Source: Escherichia coli (GTDB lineage Bacteria > Pseudomonadota > Gammaproteobacteria > Enterobacterales > Enterobacteriaceae). From it: a DNA stretch of 34,123 nt. Position numbers and translations under genes: made by a program. Positions 24,502-33,612 of this stretch are shown here, one piece after another (position 1 is the stretch's first letter; the number at the start of each line of letters is the position of its first letter). The stretch lies in assembly GCF_003334385.1 (NCBI RefSeq), contig NZ_QOWN01000047.1. The stretch is one strand, 5' to 3'. The notes under the pieces are model-generated. The model ran no database searches. It was not told where the DNA came from and worked only from the letters and a program-made list of their open reading frames with translations.

Positions 24502-25041
24502 TTACTGATAGGTTAAAGAGAACCAGGCCTGGGCATTGGCGATGCCGCCAGTAACCCGACGCCCGGTAGCACGATATTTGGCGATGAAATGTAGCGAAGT
24601 AGAGCCTGAGTAAAGCCGTTTCCAGTTTGCTGGAGGACGATTAATCGGTACGAGGTTTCCTTCATCATCAAACAACGCTACGCCAATATTGGTGGCTATC
24701 CCTGGCCCCTCTCCCACGGAAAGCACATCTGGATTTTTACCATCCGCGACACCGTGAAACGCCACACCCACACGTTCACTCACCACCGTGCTACATTCCC
24801 GTAAATGAATAACAAAAGGCACCGGTGCGCTATCTTCCCCTACCGCATGAAACCGGTTACTGCTGATTTGCCCCATATTGACCGTCATTTGTTTATCACC
24901 GGCTTCAATCCGGCAAGTTTCCGCAATAATGACGCCCTGAAATTGCATATTTCCGCCGGGCAGCGTGGTGTTCCATTTATTTCCGGCCAGAGCAAACATT
25001 GGCAGCAACGACGCTAATAGAAATAATCTCTTCCTTTTCAT
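24502..25041 (-). CDS. fimI: Type 1 fimbrial subunit-like protein FimI
   Basis: ORF 24502-25173; start at internal [19 protein letters not shown] gives 179 aa pilin-like protein. Confidence 0.85.
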
Positions 25042-25105
25042 CGTTATTTTTATCGCACAAGGGTGGGCATCCCTGCCCGTAATGACGTCCCTGAACCTGG
25101 GTAGG

Positions 25106-25660
25106 TTATTGATACTGAACCTTGAAGGTCGCATCCGCATTAGCAGCACCCGGGGTTGCCTCGCCGATTGCATAATAACGCGCCTGGAACGGAATGGTGT
25201 TGGTACCGTTATTCAGGGTTGTTTGTGCACTAAATGTCGCACCGTCCAGCGTCAGCTCATTTCCTGTTCTGTCCAGTATCTGCACACCAACATTTGTTGC
25301 GCTACCCGCAGCTGAACTCTGCAGAGCCAGTACTTTAGGATGAGCACTGTCAATCGCAGTCCCCAAGAAGGCAACAGCGGCTTTTGTGGCAACACTGGTA
25401 TCGCAATCATTCAGCTGAATGTTAAAACCGACAGCAGAGCTGGTTGCTCCAGTCTGCTTCAGACTAGCGGTACGAACCTGGCCCAACTGAACGGTTTGAT
25501 CAACAGAGCCTGCATCAACTGCGCAAGCGGCGTTAACAACTTCCCCTTTAAAGTGAACGGTCCCACCATTTACCGTCGTGGGTGTAGTTTCAGCCAGAGC
25601 CGCTGTAGAACTCAGGGACAGAGCCGACAGAACAACAATTGCCAGAGTTTTAATTTTCAT
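25106..25660 (-). CDS. fimA: Type 1 fimbrial major subunit FimA
   Basis: 184-aa pilin ORF ([18 protein letters not shown]..., C-terminal ...ATFKVQYQ), immediately next to the fimS switch. Confidence 0.95.
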
Positions 25661-25779
25661 ACTGCTTTCCTTTCAAAAAACTATTTCTAAATCGACATGG
25701 GCAGTCGTTCCGTACACTTTGTTTTGTCAACGAGTTTGACTGCCAACACTGCACAGTTTCCCCCCAAAAGATGAAACAT

Positions 25780-26094
25780 TTGGGGCCAAAACTGTCCATA
25801 TCATAAATAAGTTACGTATTTTTTCTCAAGCATAAAAATATTATAAAACGACAAAAAGCATCTAACTGTTTGATATGTAAATCATTTCTCTTGTAAATTA
25901 ATTTCACATCACCTCCGCTAAATGTAAAGCTAACGTTTCTGTGTCTCGAAGCAACTTCCTCATTCTTCTCTCCAAAAACCACCTCATGCAATATAAAAAT
26001 CTATAAATAAAGATAACAATAGAATATAAAGCCAACAAATAAACTGAAAAAGTTTGTGCGCGATGCTTTCCTCTATGAGTCAAAATGGCCCCAA
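25780..26094. mobile_element. fimS: fimS invertible phase-variation switch (about 314 bp) bounded by 9-bp inverted repeats
   Basis: TTGGGGCCA at about 25780-25788 and its inverse TGGCCCCAA at about 26086-26094 flank an AT-rich segment between fimA and fimE, matching the known fim switch architecture. Confidence 0.85.
25799..25829 (-). promoter_or_regulatory. Candidate fimA sigma70 promoter inside fimS, reading toward fimA (switch ON)
   Basis: On the minus strand, TTGAGA (about 25829-25824), an 18-bp spacer and TATGAT (about 25805-25800) lie just inside the fimA-proximal inverted repeat and point at fimA. Confidence 0.6.
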
Positions 26095-26141
26095 TTGTCT
26101 TGTATTTATTTGTTTTTTACCTTTACTATCAATAAGTTAAA

Positions 26142-26738
26142 TTAAACCTCTTCTCTTTTTAATTTTTCGTTTATAAGATTATTTCTTTCCCATAATCCGG
26201 CAAAACGAGCAGCATTACTGGCGGTATAACGCACAGTATGGCGAATATTTCGATGCCCGAGATAATCCTGAATTAAACGGGTATCTGCACCACGCTCCGC
26301 CAGTTCATAACCGCAAGCATGCCTTAACATATGAGGATGAGTCTGCGTTACGGTTCCAGCTTCAATACCGGCATCGCGAATAATGCGATAGGCCTGCTGG
26401 CGAGAAAGCCGACTCCCGCGGCGAGAAATAAATATAGCGTCGGTCCGGTCAGCGCCTTTCCAGTTAGCACGTTCCTGGGTCCAGCGTTCCACGGCTTCAC
26501 GCTCATCAAAACGTAACGGGTGAACGGTAGAAAATCCGTTCTTCAGTCGGCGAATATTTATTCGACCTTCATTAAGGTCAAGGTCCTGATAATGCAGATC
26601 AAGCAGTTCACTAATACGCATCCCATGCCGATATGCCAACAGAATAAGACAATAATCTCTGGCTCCCGTTGCCCCGTAACAAACCGCCTGCATCATGGCC
26701 TGAACTTCTTTACCGGTAAGATAACGACGTTTACTCAC
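26142..26738 (-). CDS. fimE: Tyrosine recombinase FimE (ON-to-OFF switching)
   Basis: 198-aa lambda-integrase-family ORF with C-terminal HxxR...Y catalytic signature (LGHRNIRHTVRYT); ends about 50 bp from fimS. Confidence 0.95.
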   Translation of the reverse strand: MSKRRYLTGKEVQAMMQAVCYGATGARDYCLILLAYRHGMRISELLDLHYQDLDLNEGRINIRRLKNGFSTVHPLRFDEREAVERWTQERANWKGADRTDAIFISRRGSRLSRQQAYRIIRDAGIEAGTVTQTHPHMLRHACGYELAERGADTRLIQDYLGHRNIRHTVRYTASNAARFAGLWERNNLINEKLKREEV

Positions 26739-27214
26739 AATAGTAGTACTCCTGACTGAGATATATTTGAATGAATACCTATAGGAAACCTCAATCGGTC
26801 AAAATTAGCCCAATAGATAAAAAGATAACCACACACGAAGTGATGTGGCTATCAGTCAATTACATTAAATATCATACAAAAATAAAATATCACTGATGTG
26901 ATAACATCTATTTTCATTGATTTGATTCAATATAACAAGAGATTGCAGTGGATTAACTTCCAGTTGCTTAAAAAATAAAGAAAAAATGTGAAAACAGATG
27001 AATTTAAGTGATGTGTAAATTTATGAATGATTTTGTTTATTTATTTTGAAGAACATAAACCATTGTATTTTGTATGGATATGGTTAACTTAATGTTTATT
27101 ATTATAATTAAGAATCACACTTACAATAACATCAATTAATAAATGGTTAATCATTTTTGATATATCGTAAGAATAATGTAGTTTTTAACACCATCCCTGG
27201 TATCTCAACTATCT

Positions 27215-27817
27215 CTATAAAACAGCGTGACGCTGTCGTCCTCTGGCCCTATCCCAGATGCCGTAAAAACGCCCTGCATTGCTGGCGGTATACCAGACAG
27301 TATGACGAATATTGCGATGCCCAAGATAATCCTGGATAAGTCGCGTATCTATTCCCATATTCGCCAAAGCAAAACCACACGAATGGCGTAACATGTGCGG
27401 ATGAATCTCCAGTGACAACCCGGCATTACCACCGGAAGTCGAGATAATATGGTAAAACTGTTGCCGAGAAAGCGGATTCCCCTTACGCGATAAAAATACC
27501 CATTCGCTCTCAGCATGCGGGTACGAAGTACGGATACTCAACCAGTTTTTTAAAGCCTGAACTTCTTTGTTCAATAGCGGGTGCGTTGTTGAAAAGCCTT
27601 TTTTTAATCGATGGATATAGATACACTTTGCCTTAAGATCAATATCCGAAATCCTCAATCGACAAATTTCACTCGCCCGGAAACCATGAATAAAACAAAG
27701 CAAAGTCAGACAATAATTACGTGCTGCATGAGGCCCGGTATTTGCTGCTTTAAGGAGTGATTCGATTTCACTATGGGTCAGGAAGTTCCTTTTTTTGTTA
27801 TCAGCCTTATTCTTCAT
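27215..27817 (-). CDS. fimB: Tyrosine recombinase FimB (bidirectional switching)
   Basis: 200-aa paralogue of FimE (LGHRNIRHTVWYT) upstream of fimE. Confidence 0.95.
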   Translation of the reverse strand: MKNKADNKKRNFLTHSEIESLLKAANTGPHAARNYCLTLLCFIHGFRASEICRLRISDIDLKAKCIYIHRLKKGFSTTHPLLNKEVQALKNWLSIRTSYPHAESEWVFLSRKGNPLSRQQFYHIISTSGGNAGLSLEIHPHMLRHSCGFALANMGIDTRLIQDYLGHRNIRHTVWYTASNAGRFYGIWDRARGRQRHAVL

Positions 27818-28825
27818 CGTTTTCCCTTATAATTACAGACGCGCACTAGCTGTGCTGGGTTAGCAATAATCCAACATTTTAATCCTGATTATGTTTATAA
27901 AAGCGAACGTTTGCTTAATAACTAACGTAAGTGGACCAGTTCTTCTGAGTGAACTTAAATGGAGTAGCGATAGTTACTTATAATAACTTTGCCATACAAA
28001 CGCCATGCTCTTGCATGCTATGTACCTTTATATATTTATAAATCTGATACGAATCGAATAATAACCCTCATCATTAATGCAACTAATCTTATCTATATAT
28101 CATGTGATATGTTCTGTAACAAGTAAAATCAACATAAAAAATTCAGCAAAATTTAATATTCGTTCAACTAGCCGTCTCACATATGACATTATTAGTCAAC
28201 TGCATTTGCCACAAAATGGCTATTTCATGGAACGCAGTAATTTTTTAGTGGCTATTATCATGCTAATTCTTAGATCCCTAGCGATTATTCCTGCCTGGTT
28301 CGTCAGCTTAGGCCATGAGATTGTTACATTCCCTTTTATCCTGGAGATATGGGGGAACGCAGGCGACGCTTTTTCATCTACATCCGTTGGTAACTATGGC
28401 TTTGGTCACTACGACTTAAACCTTCCTCAATCACAGCTATTCGCCGGGCGATACGGCAAACAAACTAAGTGAAACATCATCCTGAAAACACCAACATCAA
28501 CAAGCCTCTCCAGATCGACATCAGGAGTGACCAGTTACAAGCCACAAACCAAGAAACATATTTCATGATGAGAATTATACTCAGCCTGATGGCGGGTAAA
28601 CACTTATTTTCACCAAGCTCACTGAGTTAGCTTGCAAAGCTTTCTTTGTTTAGATTCTAAATAAATTATTTACAAAACAGATTGTTAAAAGAAAACCTTT
28701 AGTTTTTGAAGACCAATGCAAGTGTTCGTCTGTCTTCACATGGCATCTGCTTCTTAGGAAAAGATCGACATATTTTGTGACACGAATTGCAAATCTGGTT
28801 TTGTTGTATGGATTGCGTGATTTTT

Positions 28826-28852
28826 GATCTGGTATAACAGGTATAAAGGTGC
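28826..28852. promoter_or_regulatory. Candidate NanR operator (tandem GGTATA repeats) with adjacent Dam GATC site
   Basis: GATCTGGTATAACAGGTATAAAGGTG read directly; GGTATA repeats are the NanR recognition element, sited in the long fimB-nanC intergenic region. Confidence 0.6.
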
Positions 28853-29270
28853 ACCGCGATAGTCAATGAGACTGGGCATCTCGTAATCTATGGCAAACAT
28901 CACTTCAGTTCTTTCTCATCGGGTGATGAAAACGCACTTCAGTCTGAAAGGAATATGAAAATGAGATCAACAGACACTCTATTTTATGACTCTGGGTAAA
29001 ATGGATTGAGTAAGCGATATAGCTTACGAAAATTCAAATCAATTAAACATCAGCAGAGATTTTATACTCAGGTATTTAATCTGGCCCTCTGTTTATTTAA
29101 ATAATGTGGAAAGAGATTTTTCACAGGAGATATTATACAAAAAATATAAAATACAGCTACCGGTTGCCAAAGACACTATAAGCCTGGCAAAAAAATATTA
29201 CACAACATAAATGCTAATTGTTTATGCGGGCTTTGTATTGCTTTCTGTATCCTACAAATGAGTGAAATTT

Positions 29271-29987
29271 ATGAAAAAGGCTAAAATACTTTCTAGCGTA
29301 TTATTACTGTGCTTTTCGTCCCCATTAATTTCTCAGGCTGCGACACTGGACGTACGTGGTGGATATCGTAGTGGAAGCCACGCCTATGAGACTCGACTCA
29401 AAGTCAGTGAGGGATGGCAAAATGGATGGTGGGCAAGCATGGAAAGTAATACCTGGAATACCATTCATGATAATAAAAAGGAAAATGCCGCACTCAATGA
29501 TGTTCAGGTTGAAGTTAATTACGCGATTAAACTTGATGATCAATGGACGGTGCGCCCGGGAATGTTAACGCATTTTAGCAGCAATGGCACACGCTACGGA
29601 CCCTACGTAAAACTGTCCTGGGACGCGACAAAAGATCTTAATTTTGGCATTCGCTATCGTTACGACTGGAAAGCTTACCGACAACAAGACTTATCTGGTG
29701 ATATGTCTCGTGATAACGTTCATCGTTGGGATGGATATGTCACTTACCATATTAATAGTGATTTCACCTTCGCATGGCAAACGACGCTATACAGTAAACA
29801 GAACGATTATCGCTATGCAAACCATAAGAAATGGGCGACGGAAAATGCATTTGTTCTACAATACCATATGACGCCCGATATTACGCCATACATAGAATAT
29901 GACTACCTTGACCGTCAGGGTGTTTACAACGGCAGAGATAATTTATCGGAAAACAGTTATCGCATTGGTGTGTCATTTAAACTGTAG
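29271..29987 (+). CDS. nanC: N-acetylneuraminic acid outer membrane channel NanC (KdgM family)
   Basis: ORF 29262-29987; start at MKKAKIL... gives 238 aa with signal peptide and C-terminal Phe-like beta-barrel ending (VSFKL). Confidence 0.9.
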   Translation: MKKAKILSSVLLLCFSSPLISQAATLDVRGGYRSGSHAYETRLKVSEGWQNGWWASMESNTWNTIHDNKKENAALNDVQVEVNYAIKLDDQWTVRPGMLTHFSSNGTRYGPYVKLSWDATKDLNFGIRYRYDWKAYRQQDLSGDMSRDNVHRWDGYVTYHINSDFTFAWQTTLYSKQNDYRYANHKKWATENAFVLQYHMTPDITPYIEYDYLDRQGVYNGRDNLSENSYRIGVSFKL

Positions 29988-30006
29988 TAGACAGGAGACA
30001 GTCACA

Positions 30007-31113
30007 ATGAATAAAACAATAACGGCGCTTACTATCATAATGGCTTCATTTGCCGCAAACGCGTCTGTATTACCGGAAACTCCTGTGCCATTTAAAAGTG
30101 GTACCGGAGCAATTGATAACGACACTGTCTACATTGGTTTAGGTAGCGCAGGTACGGCATGGTACAAGCTGGATACACAGGCCAAAGATAAAAGATGGAC
30201 AGCGTTAGCTGCATTCCCTGGCGGACCGAGAGATCAAGCAACCTCTGCATTTATTGATGGCAATCTGTATGTGTTTGGCGGCATTGGCAAAAACAGCGAG
30301 GGCTTGACTCAGGTATTTAATGACGTACACAAATACAACCCCAAAACCAATAGCTGGGTTAAATTGATGTCGCACGCGCCGATGGGCATGGCGGGCCATG
30401 TGACTTTTGTACACAACGGCAAGGCTTATGTTACTGGCGGTGTTAACCAGAATATCTTCAATGGCTATTTTGAAGATCTCAACGAAGCTGGAAAAGATTC
30501 AACCGCTATAGATAAAATCAACGCCTACTATTTTGACAAAAAAGCAGAAGATTATTTCTTCAATAAGTTTCTGTTGTCTTTTGATCCCTCAACACAGCAA
30601 TGGAGTTACGCTGGCGAATCTCCCTGGTACGGAACGGCTGGTGCGGCGGTTGTGAATAAAGGTGATAAAACCTGGCTTATTAATGGCGAAGCCAAACCAG
30701 GATTGCGAACGGATGCCGTATTTGAACTTGACTTCACCGGTGATAATTTAAAATGGAATAAGCTTGATCCCGTCTCATCACCAGATGGCGTCGCTGGCGG
30801 TTTTGCGGGGATAAGCAATGATTCTCTTATATTTGCTGGAGGGGCCGGATTCAAAGGTTCACGAGAAAATTACCAGAACGGTAAGAACTATGCGCATGAA
30901 GGCCTGAAAAAATCATATAGCGCTGATATTCATCTTTGGTATAACGGGAAATGGGATAAATCGGGTGAATTATCGCAAGGTCGGGCCTACGGAGTATCAT
31001 TGCCCTGGAATAATAGTTTATTAATTATTGGCGGTGAAACTGCAGGCGGCAAAGCAGTGATGGATTCAGTTTTAATTTCTGTGAAGGATAATAAAGTCAC
31101 AGTACAAAACTAA
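30007..31113 (+). CDS. nanM: N-acetylneuraminate mutarotase NanM (Kelch-repeat beta-propeller)
   Basis: ORF 29899-31113; start at MNKTITALTIIMASFAANA gives 368 aa with signal peptide; repeated GG...Y Kelch-like blades. Confidence 0.9.
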   Translation: MNKTITALTIIMASFAANASVLPETPVPFKSGTGAIDNDTVYIGLGSAGTAWYKLDTQAKDKRWTALAAFPGGPRDQATSAFIDGNLYVFGGIGKNSEGLTQVFNDVHKYNPKTNSWVKLMSHAPMGMAGHVTFVHNGKAYVTGGVNQNIFNGYFEDLNEAGKDSTAIDKINAYYFDKKAEDYFFNKFLLSFDPSTQQWSYAGESPWYGTAGAAVVNKGDKTWLINGEAKPGLRTDAVFELDFTGDNLKWNKLDPVSSPDGVAGGFAGISNDSLIFAGGAGFKGSRENYQNGKNYAHEGLKKSYSADIHLWYNGKWDKSGELSQGRAYGVSLPWNNSLLIIGGETAGGKAVMDSVLISVKDNKVTVQN

Positions 31114-31118
31114 CGCTT

Positions 31119-31142
31119 CAGGGCCCCGGTAAAGGGGCCCTG
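31119..31142 (+). other. Perfect 9-bp stem-loop in the nanM-nanS intercistronic gap
   Basis: CAGGGCCCC-GGTAAA-GGGGCCCTG directly after the nanM stop codon and before the nanS RBS. Confidence 0.5.
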
Positions 31143-31177
31143 CTATCAATTTGTCATTTCAATTACGCGAAATTTAT

Positions 31178-32158
31178 ATGAACGCAATAATATCGCCTGA
31201 TTATTACTATATTCTTACCGTTGCTGGTCAGTCTAATGCCATGGCGTATGGCGAAGGACTGCCATTACCGGACAGGGAAGATGCGCCTCATCCCAGAATT
31301 AAACAATTAGCGAGATTTGCGCATACGCATCCCGGAGGCCCGTCATGTCACTTTAACGACATTATTCCACTGACTCACTGCCCACACGATGTTCAGGATA
31401 TGCAGGGTTATCACCATCCTCTGGCAACGAATCATCAAACACAGTACGGCACCGTTGGCCAGGCACTGCATATAGCACGGAAATTACTGCCCTTTATTCC
31501 TGATAATGCAGGGGTTCTCATCGTTCCGTGTTGCCGTGGCGGATCGGCTTTTACCGCGGGCAGCGAAGGGACATATTCAGAACGGCACGGAGCCAGCCAT
31601 GATGCTTGTCGTTGGGGAACGGATACTCCGCTATACCAGGATTTAGTCAGCAGAACGCGAGCCGCACTGGCAAAAAATCCGCATAACAAATTCCTCGGCG
31701 TATGCTGGATGCAAGGCGAATTTGACTTAATGACCAGTGACTACGCGTCACACCCTCAACACTTTAATCATATGGTTGAAGCCTTTCGTAGGGATCTAAA
31801 ACAATACCATTCTCAGCTTAATAATATTACTGACGCACCGTGGTTTTGCGGCGATACCACCTGGTACTGGAAAGAAAATTTCCCTCATGCGTATGAAGTT
31901 ATTTATGGCAATTATCAAAATAATGTTTTAGCCAATATTATTTTCGTCGACTTCCAGCAACAAGGTGAAAGAGGACTGACGAACGCGCCTGATGAAGACC
32001 CGGACGATTTAAGCACGGGATATTACGGTTCAGCGTACCGGTCACCGGAGAACTGGACGACGGCACTGCGAAGCAGTCATTTCAGCACGGCAGCCCGTCG
32101 GGGGATTATTTCTGACAAGTTTGTAGAAGCAATTTTGCAGTTTTGGCGCGAAAGGTGA
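31178..32158 (+). CDS. nanS: Probable 9-O-acetyl-N-acetylneuraminate esterase NanS
   Basis: ORF 31151-32158 (TTG-initiated in the track); ATG at 31178 (MNAIISPDYYYILTVAGQSNAMAYG) gives 326 aa with SGNH-like GQSN motif. Confidence 0.85.
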   Translation: MNAIISPDYYYILTVAGQSNAMAYGEGLPLPDREDAPHPRIKQLARFAHTHPGGPSCHFNDIIPLTHCPHDVQDMQGYHHPLATNHQTQYGTVGQALHIARKLLPFIPDNAGVLIVPCCRGGSAFTAGSEGTYSERHGASHDACRWGTDTPLYQDLVSRTRAALAKNPHNKFLGVCWMQGEFDLMTSDYASHPQHFNHMVEAFRRDLKQYHSQLNNITDAPWFCGDTTWYWKENFPHAYEVIYGNYQNNVLANIIFVDFQQQGERGLTNAPDEDPDDLSTGYYGSAYRSPENWTTALRSSHFSTAARRGIISDKFVEAILQFWRER

Positions 32159-32165
32159 GCGTTCA

Positions 32166-32816
32166 TTAATTTGATTTATTCGCATCCATCAGCGCTTTTA
32201 ACTGCTCCGGCGTAAACGGTGGTTTGCGTCGGTGCAACATCGCATGGCAATTAGGGTACACAGGCAGCAAATCATTAACTGGATCCAGCTGGTAATCCTC
32301 TTTGATGGCTGACAGCGGCACCAGGTGATGCACATGGATAAAGCCTTCAGCGATATCACCATAGATCTTCACCAGATCAACACCGCATACGTTGCACTGG
32401 CATCCATGATGTTCGACCGCTTTATCTCGGGCCTTTTTATCGCGTTCATAGCGGTTTACTGTCACCTTTATCGCCGCACCTTCAAGGTATGTCTCCTGCG
32501 ACGGCAACTCATCCGGGAACAGAACGTCGGCTATGGGAGCCGCAGCGGCTTTATCCAGATGAATATGAAATCCCTGCTCTATGAGTAGCTTGACACATTT
32601 AGATTTTATTCCGCCGGTGAAATCCGCAGGGGTAAATTGCGTCCCCGTCATCAATGTCGCTGCGATGCCAGCAATCGCCTTCGAGGGGTAACGTCGGCCA
32701 TGATATTCAATCTCATACAACCGCGCAGGCTGGAACTGATGAGTTTCTCCCGCATCCCATAAATGGATAGCTTCGATGATATACCGCCGCGGAAGATGAT
32801 CAGGGAGTTTATTCAT
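32166..32816 (-). CDS. HNH endonuclease with N-terminal putative modified-DNA (possibly phosphorothioate) sensing domain; candidate type IV restriction enzyme
   Basis: 216-aa ORF. C-terminal HNH signature read directly: CQCNVCG ... HVHHLVP ... NDLLPVYPNCH. N-terminal about 120 aa contains RRYPSKA (Y-P-x-x-A), reminiscent of the sulfur-binding cavity of SBD domains; the SBD assignment is inference. Confidence 0.6.
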   Translation of the reverse strand: MNKLPDHLPRRYIIEAIHLWDAGETHQFQPARLYEIEYHGRRYPSKAIAGIAATLMTGTQFTPADFTGGIKSKCVKLLIEQGFHIHLDKAAAAPIADVLFPDELPSQETYLEGAAIKVTVNRYERDKKARDKAVEHHGCQCNVCGVDLVKIYGDIAEGFIHVHHLVPLSAIKEDYQLDPVNDLLPVYPNCHAMLHRRKPPFTPEQLKALMDANKSN

Positions 32817-32919
32817 GGAGAATGTCCTTATACGTTCTCAGAACAGGCAGCAAAAAAACAAATGAGATCAAGGTAATATATCTTCACTTGCAGGCTTGAA
32901 CAGCAGAAAATTTGCGAGC

Positions 32920-33138
32920 ATGATCGCAATTATTTCACTGCCAGGGATATCAATAGCTTCCAGTAAATCGCTACAGCAGGCAATTGCCAATATAAAAATC
33001 TGGCACAAGGGTGAACAGCGCGCGCCGCATAAGCCATTGTTATTGCTATACGTATTAGCGGGATACCTGAATGGACATCCGCGCCTTTTCGATTATTGTA
33101 GTGGAACTGTCTACGAGGATGCAGTTCGAAGTGAGTAA
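32920..33138 (+). CDS. Hypothetical small protein (possible gene remnant), divergent from the HNH gene
   Basis: ORF 32896-33138 (TTG in track); first ATG at 32920; no recognisable domain. Confidence 0.25.
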   Translation: MIAIISLPGISIASSKSLQQAIANIKIWHKGEQRAPHKPLLLLYVLAGYLNGHPRLFDYCSGTVYEDAVRSE

Positions 33139-33161
33139 GTAAAGGTTGCTGGAAACGATCA

Positions 33162-33380
33162 ATGCCGCCATACAATGATTTTTTAGGATCAACAATGAGT
33201 AATAAAAACTACGAAAGTCACCGCAAAGCGATTGTTAGTAAAGGTATACCACCCGCTCTATTAAATAGGCTCACCAATTCGGATGTTCAGGTGATCAATA
33301 CCTTCTTAACACGAGTGAGCAAACTGGAACTATCTCAACAAGAGAAAGACTGGATCATAAAAATCATCTCTATGGTTTAG
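33162..33380 (+). CDS. Hypothetical small protein
   Basis: 72-aa ORF; an internal ATG preceded by AGGA would give 61 aa; different frame from the preceding ORF; no recognisable domain. Confidence 0.25.
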   Translation: MPPYNDFLGSTMSNKNYESHRKAIVSKGIPPALLNRLTNSDVQVINTFLTRVSKLELSQQEKDWIIKIISMV

Positions 33381-33581
33381 ACAATTTCAGCCTTGTAGCC
33401 TTTCAAGGGTTTTGTGTGGGTACAAACATTATCGAATCGGGGTATAGCCGCAGCTGTAGCTGTATCCACATCAGTAAGTTGATGTAGGTTGACTTAGGTT
33501 GAGCGAAAAATAGCGAAAAGCCTTGTGTGGCGCGGATTTCAGTCATAAAAAAACGTCCGTTGATGTCTATTGATGTTCCGA

Positions 33582-33612
33582 TGGTGCGAAGGTGCGAAGG
33601 CCGGACTCAAAC
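33582..33612 (-). repeat. Degenerate copy of the tRNA-Leu (leuX) 3-prime end; putative island attachment-site remnant
   Basis: Minus-strand read GTTTGAGTCCGGCCTTCGCACCTTCGCACCA matches the T-arm/acceptor 3-prime end of leuX (GGTTCGAGTCCGGCCTTCGGCACCA) with one deletion and an 8-nt tandem duplication; no complete tRNA is present. Confidence 0.55.

Noticed and set aside
28077-28472. 131-aa plus-strand ORF inside the fimB-nanC intergenic region
   Set aside because: Sits in a very AT-rich regulatory region where long ORFs arise by chance; no convincing RBS. It has one hydrophobic stretch, so a small membrane protein cannot be excluded without expression data.
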